From: Bilabrum cf. latius | Lineage: Eukaryota | NCBI GenBank assembly: GCA_965178125.1 | Contig: OZ237745.1 | Coordinates: 744,001-808,000, forward strand | DNA length: 64,000 nt | Reading direction: 5' to 3' | Shown: in pieces, positions 1 through 12,967 of the stretch | How the letters are laid out: every line of letters starts with the position of its first letter | Numbering within the stretch: the stretch's first letter is position 1 | Notes under the pieces: generated by a model | Database searches by the model: none | What the model saw: the letters and a program-made list of their open reading frames with translations, nothing else | What the model was told of the DNA's origin: nothing | Made by a program: the position numbers and the translations under genes

Positions 1-278
1 CTTGCCTCCAATTTAGAGGCGACCTCCTTGGCATCCTGCTTCTTGTAGCCCTCAAGTCTCGCCTACGGCCAATACAAGCAATACATTATGCTCAATTGAA
101 TGAATTGATTGCAAACACTACAATGCTTATGCAGTAAAATGCCAATGAAGGGGTAGAAATCAACATTGGTACAGTTCAGAAAAACGTCCCTTCTCACCTT
201 CAGTGCTGGGGGCATCGGGCTTTTCGCCTCCTCCACTGGAACTCCAAGCTTATCCCCTGATTCTGCGCTTGCTGCCAT
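1..278 (-). CDS. Partial hypothetical protein (5' end; runs off the window start)
   Basis: ATG at 278. A probable in-frame intron 197-63 (GTGAGA...CCGTAG) joins MAASAES...PPALK to ARLEGYKKQDAKEVASKLEA, which stays open to base 1. Confidence 0.5.
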
Positions 279-449
279 TGAAACAACAATACTAGTGCGC
301 CAGAAATAGACCTGTAGGAACGATATCGCCCGAATTTGAAATCACGTTGTAGCGTGCGGATTGTGCGGCAATCGGTCGCAAACCCGCCGGTCACCAGCCT
401 TCCTTTGCCGTTGGCAGGTGGCTTTGGTGAAATTAGACTGACTCATCTA

Positions 450-3400
450 ATGAAGATAACTGATGCTTCCTTCTCACCAGACGGGAAGCTGGTTGCTTTT
501 CTCGCGCAGGAACGAAGCAAGTCGCATTGCCTTCGTGTGGCTCGTTCCAACCACCCAGGCAAAGCAATCACGATTGCGAGCGCATAGACTCTCAGCAAAT
601 CCAACGAAAGTTTATCTCTCCAAGAAAAACTTCTCCGGGAGAGATAGAGGAAGCGCACCGAGGGAATTACTGAGTACTTCTGGGTGCCGAATCCTCCAGC
701 TGGGTGCCTCGGTTGCGTGATTCTACCATTTCGAGGAAACTTGTTCTGCGCGACTGTCGTTGAGGCTGCAGAAAAGCTGGAGGTCGGTACAATCGTGCTT
801 GTGTACGATAAATCTTGGCTCGCAAATGCTCTCTGCGTAGCATCCAGCGCAACAGTAGCCCAGCAGCCTCAGGCTGGACCAGATGGAAATAGGCTTGCAT
901 TTCACGCTGCAGGAGAGGTGTGGATCACCTTACTGCCTCACGCAGATGGATTTCGCTCATCAGATCGGTAGATATGGCAGATAACATACGATGATACGCG
1001 GTTGGAACTCGACCTTGGGGATTATCATTCGCAGGCCGCCGGGCCTCCCGGGACAGCACCTGGCCCTCTGGCTCGTTTGAAGCAAGCAACACCATCACCG
1101 GTTCCTGGAATTACTAGAGGGTTGGCAAATTATTTAGAGGCTGAGGAGCTTGATAGGTACGAAGGGTTTTGGTGGTCTCCAAACAGTCGATTCATATGTT
1201 TTCAGGAGTCGGACCAAACTCCAGTCCCCGAGTTCTCTATTTCGCACCCTGCTGCGGACGATCTGAATGGTAAAAGTGCAGTCGAAGTGCACAGATATCC
1301 GTTTTCTGGGTGCCGCAACCCGAAAGGCCGTCTTGGTATCGCTCGGGTGGAAGCAGCAACCATGCTTCGCGGCTTGCGGCAAATGGACCCTAAGGCTGCC
1401 AGTGGGTGCACGCTTCCTTCGAGAGAAGGCAGCATACAAAGCACCCAAGCAGCAGCGGCAGTATCGACACATGCAAGTACAGTTGGTACGAACCCGCCGA
1501 ATCCTGCGGCTGCGTTTGCTGGCATGCAAACGGATAGCGCGGCTGGAGACGATCCTTTTGCCAGCAGCACCATCCTGTCGCACCACACCAAGGACGGGAT
1601 TCACGTGCATGTGTACCCCCCTATCAATGGGCTACAATGGCTGTAGCTTGCTTCGAAATGCGGTGGAACAGGGGCTACAACTTCGGAAATTGCATTAGAG
1701 TCCGTTCGGGCTCGGCTGCCTCGCTCTTTGTCTTCAGATTCAGATAAAGCGAGCAGCAAGTATGGCAGCGGGAATGTCGAATCGAAGAAAATGGAGGATG
1801 GTTTATCGTTGCCTTTGCACGCTGAGGCGGTTGCAGCTGCTCTTGACGGCACGGTCCTTGATGGGGGCTTTCTGGCCAGGATCACGTGGAGCCCGGACGC
1901 AACTCTGTTCGTGCAAGTGCTGAATAGGGAGCAAACTACCATGGACCTCGTTCGATTTCGGGTGTTTGATGGTGCGTGCGACCTTATTGTCAGGGAGGTG
2001 GCGAGCCCGCCGGTCCCAGGGCTGCTCGGCCCACCGGGTGAAAAGTCCCAGTTGACACGGTCTTCCGGCGAGAGCAAGAGCTAGCGATCCGATGCCGCCA
2101 AATCGAAACAACCTCAAGGGTTGGCTCCAGGTAGAGACCATTCGACGAGAGAACCGCTCGCTGATGCGGCAGAGACCTACTCAGGAAGCCCTCAGCCTGG
2201 GGTCTTCCGGCCATGGATCAACATCACGGGATGCCTGGGCTTTGTTCCGTACGAAGCCCATGGGACAAAGGGTGCCGACGTTGTAGTGGATCAAGATGGT
2301 GCAGAACTCGACGAATTAGACACTGGCGACGCAGATGCGCGAGGGATGGTTGGGGCCACTGCTAGGCCCGAGACATTTCTTCTGTGGGGCAGCGAGCGGT
2401 CCGGCTTCAACCACCTGTACCTGTACAGGGTCACCTCGACCTTTTCTGCCGATGATCCTGCGTCAGTATCGCACGTGCCTCTGGCATAGGACGATCCTGC
2501 CTTGCCTGGAGAAGCAGTGGCGGAGCGGGGCCAGCTCGTCCGTCGTGTCACCCACGGTCACTGGAACGTGCTCGAGGTGCTGCAGATCGACTCTGCGGGC
2601 GGGGACGGCAGCCTCCCCTGCCGCGTCTATTTCATGGCGAACGCGAGGTCCCCCCTGGAGAGGCACGTGTACAGAGCGCCCGTTTTTGCCACCGCGGCTG
2701 CAGGGCCAGTTGTGTCGCCGAGGTCGCGCCCCCTGGGTAGGGCGGGCTCTCACCCGCCTCACCGATCGCCACCGATGAGATCGTACCTGCAATCTGCACT
2801 TGCAGCTGACCCGGGGACGGATTCGGGCGAGTCTAGCCGCAGCGTGAGCACCAACAGCATTAGCAGCAGCAAAGTGGCTGTGTCTGTCGGTGTTGGAGGG
2901 CCTTCGCTGCTCCTTGCCTCCGATGCCTCTCTCATGGAGCCAGCAGCGGATCTCAGGGGGTGGGGCCACGGTTGTTCCCTGGGCGCCATCGAAGCCGTGA
3001 CCGGCTGCGGTTTCGGGCGGTGGCACTCCTGCTGCCTGCAGCCCACTGCAGGACACAGGTCACACGATGCGCTCATGGTGCTCACTTCGTCTTCGTCGGA
3101 TGCGATGCACGAGCACCGCGTTGTAGCCGCTAGCACCATTGGACAGGTTCGCAGCGCGAAAGAGTGGGCCGTGCGCGTGCACATAGATTGTGTTGAAGCC
3201 GATGACGGCCGTGATGATGCCGCCGGGGCAGCGGCATTGAAGGCTGCTGGAGCTGCAGGCGGCAAGGCACAAGGCGATGGCGACGGCGTGCAGCTCGTGC
3301 TGGACGGTGATAGCACGTCTGCCTCTAGCCACGGCAGCTCGACCTCCCCGCACTCGCCAGCCGCACTCGGTGCGGCGATTCCTTTCGATGTGAGCGAATC

Positions 3401-4970
3401 CAACCTCACTCTCACCGAGATCGCGCGGCTTGGCGCCCCTCCCGCCGAAGGCGAGGGCAAGGCTCCGGCACGGCACGGCAGGCCGGGCAGCCGTAATTCG
3501 TCCGACGTCGACGCCGAGGGGAGCCAGACGTCAGAGAGTCAGTATTCTGGGCACACTGCAGCAGGATCAGCGACGGAGACTGGCCACGGAATCCACTCGA
3601 GGAGGAGCAGCCCAATAGCAGACAAGTTGGGAGCAGCCCACGACGATGACGAGGGGGGCGAGGAGTCGGGCCGGTACGACGATCGCGGGGAGGAGGAGGG
3701 TGGGCCGCGGGAAGGAGAAGACGAGGACGAGGGTGGGACTGGCATATCGCGAAAGGCAGATGCTGGCCAGAAGACGCAACGTGGCAAGGCGTACAGCGCG
3801 ATCGGTGGCACAGCAGCCCGTGTGCGTCCGGCGAAATTGGCCTCTCATTCAACAGAAGCCTCTGTCAGCAGCACCGATTCCGAAGGTGTCGCTGGCCAGG
3901 CTTCGCAGGCCACGGGACGCCAAGTACGAAGCGCTGGCGCGGTTGGCAAGACGGCTGCTCACCGCCCGGGTGCTGACTCGACCGATCGAAAACCCTCGTC
4001 TGGCGCTGGCTCTGGCGGTGCATCCCCGGACGGTCTTTCTCCGGAGGCATCAGAGCCGAATCCCAAACCCACCGGCCTCAAGCAAGAAGACTCGGACGTG
4101 TCCATATCGCGGTCCTCGTCAGGACAGCTCACCGCTGCCGCTGAAATGGCCACGGGGTGGCAGTTTTTCGCGTGCCCTTCCGCGGATCCCAGCGCCACTC
4201 TCTTTGGCGCAGTGCTGGTGCCCGACGCCGACAAGTTCGGCGCTGGCCCGTACCCGACTGTGGTGTCCGTGTACGGTGGGCCTCACGTGCAGCTCGTGTG
4301 TGAGAACGCCAACTACATGCTGCGGGACCGAGTGTCGGCAGCGCTCTCCAGAAGCGGCGTGGCGGTGGTGAAAGTGGACAACCGGGGCTCGGCAAACCGC
4401 GGGACTGCGTTCGAGGGCGCGATTCACCTGCGGCTTGGTGGTGTCGAGGTCGAGGACTAGCTGGCTGCTCTGCGGTTCCTGGCGGGCAAGGGCATCGTGG
4501 ATCTCGAAAACAAGGGGAGGGGCGTCGGGGTGAGGGGCTGGAGCTATGGCGGGTACATGACGCTGATGATGATGTGCAAGCACCCGACCGTGTTCCGTTG
4601 CGGCGTTGCAGGCGCACCTGTCACCTCTTGGAATGACTATGACAGCGCCTACACGGAGAGATACCACTCAACCCCAGAGGACAACCCACGGGGATACGAG
4701 GAGTCTTCGGTGCTGCACCGTGTAGGGCAGCTTCGGTCCAAGGACGGCAGCCGCCAGAGCAAGCTCCTCCTCATCCACGGCCTTATCGACGAGAACGTGA
4801 TGTTCCGTCACAGCGCCAAGCTCATGCAGAGGCTCATGGCGGCCAAAGTCAGGTACGATTCGATACTGCTACCTGGTGAACGCCACACGCCGAGGGACCC
4901 GGTCAGCCTAGAGTACATCCATTCGAGGACCACGGAGCACCTCGTCGATTGTCTTACAAAGGGGCTATGA
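450..4970 (+). CDS. Dipeptidyl peptidase IV / DPP8-9-like S9B serine peptidase (~1,500 aa, with long low-complexity inserts)
   Basis: All fragments are in one frame and separated only by TAG (585, 645, 969, 1644, 2082, 2487, 4458); the gene ends at TGA 4968. Motifs: LLRER(Q)R..GITEYFW, EELDRYEGFWWSP, SERSGFNHLY, VYGGPHVQLV, DNRGSANRG, EVED(Q), GWSYGG (Ser), HGLIDENV (Asp), PGERH (His). The start codon is uncertain. Confidence 0.9.
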
Positions 4971-5156
4971 TGGGAGCTGTAGGGGTGGCCACTGGCCACG
5001 CAGCTGCCCTCTTTGTTGCTACTGAACTGAATTTGCTACAACTGTTTGCGTTCGTGATATAGCGTGTTCTTCTTTGCAGTCAGCCGGCAACCCTGCCGTC
5101 CCATCCCATCCCGTCTCATTCAGATCGAAGGCTACGTCTGATTCATTCCGCCAGTT

Positions 5157-7316
5157 TCACAGCACCACGCCCGCTCCAGCAGCTCGTGCGCTGGCGCTGG
5201 CTTGTGCGGGCTTGCCGCCAACACCTGCCCCTGAAGATAAGGCCCTAGCACCCGCCAAACCCGCCGAGGACCCACCCCCAGCCTCGAGGTACTTGCCGAG
5301 CTCGATGCCCATCGGACGAGCAAGTGCCCTGCAGTCCGTATCGCGCAGAAGGCAAGCGAAGGACGCGCCGTCCAGCGCTGCCTCCGGTCCTGCCCGGCGA
5401 AGGTACGTGCCGCCCAGCGCAAGCGACTCGATGCACGCGCCCACGCTAGCGGCTGACACGCCCTTGCCTTCAACAGCCGCAGAGCCGTCCGTCATGGCCA
5501 CAAGCGCAATCGATATAGCAATGAGCCGCGTCTTGTCCACGGCATCACCGAGAGCGACGATTTTGGTGCTGTTTCCAGCTCCTGCAGAACTCTTGCCTGC
5601 GCTGCCGCGCCCGATGCCAGCACTAGCGCCAGCGCCCCCGGTACCGCCGCCGCCACCGCCGCCGTTGCCATTACCGCCCGCCTGCGCCCCGCGGCCGCGC
5701 CTTGCCCTCCTCCTCGCCTGTACCGTGTACTGGAACAGCCTGGAGTCTGCCACGGGCTTAACTCTAGAAGCGATGTACGCCGCAACGAGGACGTACTTCT
5801 CCAGGTAGCTGAGCCGGGAAAGCGCACCACGAGATGAATCGTCCCCAGCACGACCACTGGCGGTAACTTCGGCCGTCCACAGCCGTTCTCGCATCGCTCT
5901 CAGCGCGGGGTGGCACGCACGCATGACCCGAGCCATGGCTTGCCCATCCAGTTCCCCCACAGGAGGCATCGATTGCGCCGATACTTCGGTAGACGTAGAT
6001 GCCGATGCCGACGCCGACAATGACGATGTTGCTGCTGCTGGTTTGGATGATGACAAGATGCCGGCCTCTGCTGCTACCGCCTGGCAGTAGGTAGGCCACG
6101 TGTGCACGACAGCCTCCGCCAGCTCCTCCTCATCGCCGCCTGCTGCCCTCGCCATGGAGCCGCAGACGAAGGCTGATAGAGATTCCATGTGCTTCATGTC
6201 CTTTTTCTTGACACGAAGCTGCGCTGCCGCCATCCGAGCGACAAGCATGCCTAGCTCCCTGCCTTCGATCGGCTAAAAGTGCACCGGGATGGGGGCCCGG
6301 TGGTCACCCACAGCGGACCCCATCATTGCCCGAGGGTCCGACACACTGAAGACCACTGCGATGGGCCTCGATGCCAGCTCCGACACCCTCATGATCTGCG
6401 AGATGACGCTTGGATCTTCGGCGGCCCATCGCTCAGGCTGGTCGAACATCAGGTACGTGGTTCGGTCCGGAGGGCAGACTTTGTGAAGCGCGTGTGCGAA
6501 GCTCGCGAACCGTTCCGATCGGCTCATGGATGCAGTGGGATCGAGAAGACCGAGCTTGCTGCGCTGGGACGTCTGCAGGACTGCGGTGGCAAGGGAGGTC
6601 TTGGGGTCAGCATGCCTCGACACGTGCACAGCCCGCCTGGCCTTCTCCTCCGGCGATTCCGGGACTGGGATGCCCCACGCGATTTCCTGTCGGTCGGTCC
6701 GTGGTGTTGCAGAAGATGAGCCTGCTTTGCACCTGGCCTGCTCGCACCGAGCCAGCTGCGTCAGGCAAATCTGCAGAGCGACGCGGACGTTGGGGCACTC
6801 GAGCGAGGACACAACGGCAAGAGGTGCCTGCAGAGCAGATCTTCCTGCGATGCTATCATGCTCGTCTTCAAACTGGGATGCAGATGACAGGGCAACGTCG
6901 GCTGCAAGTGCTAGTCTCGACTTGGGAGAGCTGCCGAACAGCAGCAGCGGGGGCACCATGCCAGAGCTCTGCGGTGTTCAAAGGGATTTCAAGCACATGC
7001 AAAATTAATTCTAAATACTACACATATAGCTGCCTGCGCTCTTGTTGTGTCTCACGTCTCCGAAATAGCCGGACAGAATCGAAATCTCTCTTCGGCGACC
7101 GTGCCACCGCTGCTCGACCTGCTCAATCCCTCCGAAACCAATGGAGGCAGAACTGTCCAAGGTGTCGTTAGACTCTTCCAATTGGACCCTTTTCTCGTGA
7201 AGCACACGCCTCCGCTTGGAAGTACGAGCTCTGGAGTCCTCGGAAGCTGCAACCGAAGTCCCAATTTTGCGATCAGATTTACAAGCATTTCTACCGGTCG
7301 ATCTCGACCTTTTCAT
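5157..7316 (-). CDS. ORC5: Origin recognition complex subunit 5-like
   Basis: Exon 7316-7056, intron 7055-6969 (GTGAGA...CCGCAG, 87 nt), exon 6968-5157 with an in-frame TAG at 6273 (PVHF-Q-P), TGA stop. Motifs: GRRREI at the N-terminus, TYLMFDQPE..IMRVSEL, and C-terminal LSYLEKYVLVAAYIAS...DSRLF. Confidence 0.75.
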
Positions 7317-7479
7317 CCTATGGGATAGATATCTGGTCAATCAATCAGCTTCGACTTGTTCTTTTCTGTGATACTCGCAATTAATTGCTCTGGAGCAAGC
7401 AAAACTCAACCGGCGAAGCATGGCGTTCGGAGCCAGAATTTGGGACAGTATCTCTCTCTCTGACATTGAACTTCGCGGG

Positions 7480-8341
7480 ATGAGGGCTGTTTTTCGTAGG
7501 GCAAGGGCGTTTACCAAGTTATAGAGGCTTGGCGTGCTCCATCAACCGCTTCGTCTTGGCAGAAAAGTTGTTCTGGCAGCTGGCATTGACAAATGCAGCT
7601 AGTTCACGTCTAAAGCAGCATTGTTTCGAGGCAAAAAGAAAGGAAAGAAGGCCTAGGCTGCAGTAACTACAGACACACTTGACGATTCAGCAGCTGGTGT
7701 TGAGTTGATTGACGCAAAAGACCTTGCAAAAAAGCTTGACGGGGCCAAGCGTAGCTTTGAGACTGGACTGTCAAAGATTAGGGCTGGTGGTGCAGACCCT
7801 TGTAAGAAGCTAGCTATGGAAAGTATGTTATATTATGTTGCACGCACCATTCCGGTGTGTTCCGGCTGTCATCGCAAAATCTCTCGCAGCCATCTTGGAC
7901 GACGTCGAAGTGGAGGCGTACGGAGAGGTACAACCAATCACCGCCCTCGGTTAGGTGCAAGAGAAGGGCGCGAACTTGTTGGTAGTATCTGTGTTTGACC
8001 CAAGTCAGGGCGAGGCCGTCTCGGACGCCATCCGGGACGCCGGCCTGGGCCTGAACCCTTCCTTTGACGGGCAGGTTGTCCGAGTGCCCGTCCCCAAGCC
8101 GACCAAGGAATCCAAGCAGGAGGGCATCAAGCTGGCCGGCAAGCTCGCAGAGGCCGCGAAGGTTCGAGTGCGCAAAGTGCGCCAGACAGCGCTGGACAAG
8201 ATCAAGAAGGCGCAGAAGGCCTCGGAGCTCACCGAGGACGATGCCAGGAGAGAGAGCAAGGCCGTCGAGGAGGCCGTGGAGAAGGTGAACGGAGGGATCG
8301 CCAGCGCGCTGCAGGACAAAAAGAAGCAGCTGGAGAGCTGA
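7480..8341 (+). CDS. frr: Ribosome recycling factor, organellar (probable mitochondrial presequence)
   Basis: Arg-rich N-terminus MRAVFRRARAFTKL. In-frame TAGs at 7522, 7600, 7654 and 7952. Intron 7802-7889 (GTAAG...CGCAG). Motifs: KIRAGGADPSILDDVEVEAYG..ITALG(Q)V..VSVFDPS, AGLGLNP, VPVPKPTKE, AKVRVRKVRQ. TGA at 8339. Confidence 0.9.
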
Positions 8342-8855
8342 AGATCGGAGCGTGCTTCCTGTGGCGTTGAGCTGCTTGTCAGTGGCGATCCCCGTACGGG
8401 GTCGTCTGGTTGACACGGTGGATCGAAGGGGGGGCACACAACCCGGGCAGGTTGAGGCGGGGCGTGTGTGTGGTGAGCTGCCCGGATCAGGGATAGGATC
8501 ACCCGACCACATGCGGATGAGGGAGATAGGGGCGACGGCCACACACCCGGTCATGCATTGAGCAGCAGCCACTTCCTGACTACCTAGTATACGAATAGAG
8601 CCGCCCGACAGAAGAACGAGTCAGTTGAGACAAACGTGATTAGCAAGCTAGCAAAAGTATCGCAACAATGCAAGAAACTGCAAGGATGTGGCTCGAACGC
8701 AACGGCACGCCCTCCACCACAGTGCCGGCGCCGCAGTCCCCCCCAAATCGCATCAGCCACTGCAGCCGGCATAGAGCATCACCAAATGTACCATGCAACC
8801 AGACACACTGACGAAGTCCAGCGATAGACCACTACACCCCTGCACACCCCTTGCA

Positions 8856-11800
8856 TCACGAGATGGTGCAGCAACCATCCGACGCTGCTGACGGCGACGG
8901 AGTCACACTCGGGGTTGGCGAAGAAGAAGGCGTCTCTGAAGGTGAAGGAGTACACGATGGCGTCCCTGAAGGTGTTGCGCTAGAAGATGGCGTTGTCGTG
9001 GGAGTTGGCGTCGGCGTCGGAGTGGATGTAGGCGTCGGAGCTGGCGGGCGTAGCCTTTCGAACATGCATTCGGCCGGGAATCGCACAGCTTCGTTGATTG
9101 TTCTCGGCTCACACAGTCCTGACGGGTGCTCGGCATCGCGCCCATCTCCACCAGCGCTGCCACCAGCTGCTTTGGCGGCCTCGATTCCATTGCTTGGCAT
9201 GTATCCTAGTTGTTCCAGCGTGTTAGCAGCGCCCAGCCGGACCATGGTTGTGACGAGGGTCACCAAGCTAGTCTAATAGCTCGTGTGAGCTGCTCCGGCG
9301 CAGCCGAATGGAAGCAGCTGCTTGGCCTAGGATACTCCAGCTGTCTGAGTCGTACCAGACCTCAGTACCCTCGGATAGATCTATACCTCATCGTCGCGAT
9401 CAAAGTCGGCTGCTGCCCACTGACCGCACAGGACCCGCCCCCGGTCCTCCCGACTGAGATCCGCGAATGGATGCCGCTTCTTGTACATGTCGGTGAGGAT
9501 CTTGGCCACTGGTGCGTACAGTCTCACACCGGCCACCTCTGTCCTAGACAGGTGCCACAGCAGGCTAAGCCCTGGCTGCAGGGCTTTGAAAAGACGAGCG
9601 GCACCAGGGTCAGTCGCCCGATCTTGCTGACCGGCTCCCTTGTCGCCTTCAGGCGGGCTATAACTGTCGAATAGCACCTCTAGAAGAATTTCGATCAGAT
9701 CACAAGCCGCTGTACCGCTCGATGCATCTGCTGCGCACTTGAGGGCCCTCTGCACTGCTGCAGCCGTCATGCCATCGTGTGCGTCCTTATGGTTCAAGTG
9801 GGTATTGAACCGTCCAGTGGTAGCACGCAGCATGACCATAGCTTTCCCAGCGCGCTCCAAGTACTTGGCGCTGTGCACGATTGAGTCTAGAACATTTAAA
9901 TCAGACCCTGCCTTAGCTACCATGGCATGGTCGGTTCCGTGCCGGTTGCGTCGCGCCACGCCACCGAGACTCCGCTGGTCTACGAACCTCAACCCATCCT
10001 GCGCTGCTGCTGCGCTGGCACCACCCCCAGCCTACCTCTTATCCTCTTCAGTGGAGCCCGGCATTTGCGGCTGAGAGTCATCCTTCTCTCCAACGTGGGC
10101 GCCATGAACCTCACGAACGATGTCAAAACCAGCGTCCCCAGTGCTAGGGTCAGGATCAGCACCAGCACCCCCACCAGCACTTTCGCCAGCATCCACGCCA
10201 GCATCCACACTAGCACCACCATCATCGTGAGCATCCGACCCGATCGCGTAGTTGTCTGGGCTGATGTCGAGCGACAAACGAATCGAGTCCAAGAAGTTCT
10301 CCGCCGCGGCGGATGCGATTTCATGATTTGGCAAAGGCATCGCAACCATGCCCTGGCCCCACAGGTACACCGCTGTGTCGACGGAGCCTTCCGTGGCGTA
10401 TGCCTCTGAAGCGAGGAGAGCAGAGAGGCTTCTATAGTACAAGACCCTGCCGTACGCATGCTGTACTCTCTCGAGGACCTTCCCGTCAGTATCGCCATAC
10501 CGCAAGCTGGCAACAGCCTCGAAAACTGCCAGCTGGAAGTTCGCAATTGTGACGCCCCCGACCTGCTCCACAGGACCGGGCTCGGCTGCACCGGAGCCAC
10601 TGACTGGGCCAGCCTGAACATGAGCGCCGCGCAAGCTTGATGACCCACTGCCGCCTCCCTGCAAGGCATGCAGTGCAATTTCAAGTTCTCGCAGAGCCGC
10701 GGACCGCTCGTCAAGCGATGCCTCGTAGGCGCCCTGCCTGCAGTAGGCCGCCAACTCCTCGGGGATGGCCCGCAGCTGGCCCAGGCCCGCTGGCTCACCG
10801 AAATAGGCATGATAGCTGTCACTGCCTCCAGCAAACGTGGACGTGGTCTCATCGTTGACCACTGAGCTGCAGCGACTGAGAATCATCTAGGTCACGTCAG
10901 CCGCAATCAGTGAAGCTTCACGGAGCGCGGCGCGATTCTACTCTTTCAGCTGACCCTCCATGAAGCGCTTATCAGCAGTGTTGTAAAACGTGTCGCTTAG
11001 AACTAGTTTATCTCCAAGTCCATCTACGATCTGCTTGCAGTACTCCTCCGGAAGCAGCAGCCGTGCCTTGGCCAAGACAGCCACGAGTCAGTCCCAATGG
11101 TGCATGGTGGCAAGGCGCATCGCGAAGCCCTTGACACCCACGTGCTTCGATTGCAGTGCTTTGTAGATGCTGCCGGCGAGGATGGTGTGATAGGGGCACA
11201 TCGCGTCGTCCCCGGTGGCTGTAGGATCAGCAGCACCTCCTGCACTGTGTTGCTCCGGCCAGCACCTCTGCTGCTGTTTGTACTGTTCCATAGCTTTCTC
11301 GCCTGTCAGCTCCTTGCCACCGCTGAGCCCAACTTTCTTCTGATCGAATGCGAAGTCAGTCGCGTATAGCACGAGGTCAAAGTACCCTGAAACGGTGGTC
11401 TGCAGGGCGCTGACACGAGTCGCGGGAGTGCAGGGAGTGGAGCAGCTTGCGGTCGGCAACATCAGCAGGGCTCTGGCCCTCGTACCGGGAGCAGGCCACA
11501 TTGGCGACGCGATCACGCACTTTTTGGGTTGCGAGAAGCAGCTGCTTGACGCCCTTGCTGGCAAGTGAAAGTTGGGCCTCAGTCTTTGTACTTCCGGATA
11601 ACATGTGGTCCAAATCGGCCGACACATCGGCTTGTGTACGGCGAGTCAGCCCACGCGCGATCTCCATGGGCAGTCGACTAGAGCTAGCATCGGCATGAAA
11701 CGAGAACACGCTTTCAAGCAGATGGTTAGCCTGCTTCACGAACGCGACATCCAGAGGTTCGCCATCTCCGTCTTTGCCCACGTCCACCCGAACGTTCACG

Positions 11801-12789
11801 TCAAGATCTGCTAGGTAGTGTAGAAATAACAGCTATTCTGAATGTGGTATGCTCATGTACACATGAGCTTGATGCACTGCTTCTGTCTCACCGGAGGTTG
11901 GGTCTGTGCTGCCAACAGCATCTGCAATGATGGCACCTTGGAACTTCGGGTTGGTCTTCAAGTGAGCGGCAAGCTCTTCGAAAAACCCCTTGCGAAACAT
12001 CTAGCTGCTGATAAATGTGCTGACTCTGCACATGATTTCTTCTTTGTTGCTCGTCTCTGGAGTCGAGCCGGTGCTGCTAGCAGAGTTTAACATCGCGAAG
12101 TCCCACATGTTCTTCATGGCTTCCTGTGGCACTCTCAGTAGATCCCTCGCACCGCCAGCAGCATCATCTTCATGACTAGGTTCAATCATGTGCGTGGCAA
12201 CGATCTCTGCGCAGTAGATTGTGTTTTCTTGGAAGTAGTGTTTCAGCGATGCCCAGCCGCCAGCGGCCGATACAAACACACCGGGACAGAACTGTCCAAG
12301 ACCGGGAGGCGTAGCCACATCCGGTTTATTTTTTCCCAATGCGAATTCAAAGAACCGAATGCACGATTTCTGGTCCCCTTCTTCCTGGTACCACGAAGTA
12401 CATTTCTTCTTCAAGCGTACGATTTGGCCTTCACCAACTGCGGACACAATAGAGTACGTGTGAGCACATCTATTTTGAAGCGAGCTAAAGCATGACTTAA
12501 CTCTATAAGCTGCACCAACTTCATGGTGTCGGCCTGGCGAGAGATATACAGATAAACCCTGTATCTTGCGCCCATATCTCATAAATTAGTGGCCATAGAG
12601 AATCAAGCGAAGCAGATTATTTCAACGTTAACCATAACCCACTATTGACTCACGCGTGGGCTGTACATCTGGAACTGCGCATGTTCTCTCCTTGAAGTCT
12701 GGAACTGGACACTGCGCGAGGGCAGCTCCAGCCAAAAGGAAGGCAACAGCAGCTACAGAATGCGCATATAGCACGAGCGCAGAATGCAT
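8856..12789 (-). pseudogene. Disrupted copy A of a secreted protein of unknown function
   Basis: Paralog of 15409-19260 (signal peptide ...AALAQCPVPDF; C-terminal PT/PS linker). Relative to copy B it carries a 1-nt insertion near 11410 and an in-frame TGA at 11088 where B has GGG. These could also be assembly errors. Confidence 0.6.
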
Positions 12790-12967
12790 TCTTCTGCAAA
12801 CTTGTGATTCAGATGAATCTTGAGCTTCGAATAGACTCCTAGGTACAGCTTTGGAGGCCGTCTTCATGATAGTCTTTTCCACTGCTCGTCGCAACCGGTG
12901 GTCGCAAATTCCACCATGTGCAAAGCAATGGCAGGCCTCCCCACAAGTATAGCAGAGAGATAAAATC

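Noticed and set aside
63-65. TAGs as intron acceptor sites rather than codons
   Set aside because: Plausible for 63-65, and the TAG at 7011 lies inside an intron; both were excluded from the count. At 4458, 26883, 7952, 37453 and 57556, conserved coding sequence runs right up to the TAG, leaving no room for an intron.
4458-4460. UAG as pyrrolysine, Leu, Glu or Tyr, or programmed readthrough
   Set aside because: Conserved columns and paralog swaps point to Gln. There is no shared downstream context, and up to 13 TAGs per gene is incompatible with leaky readthrough.
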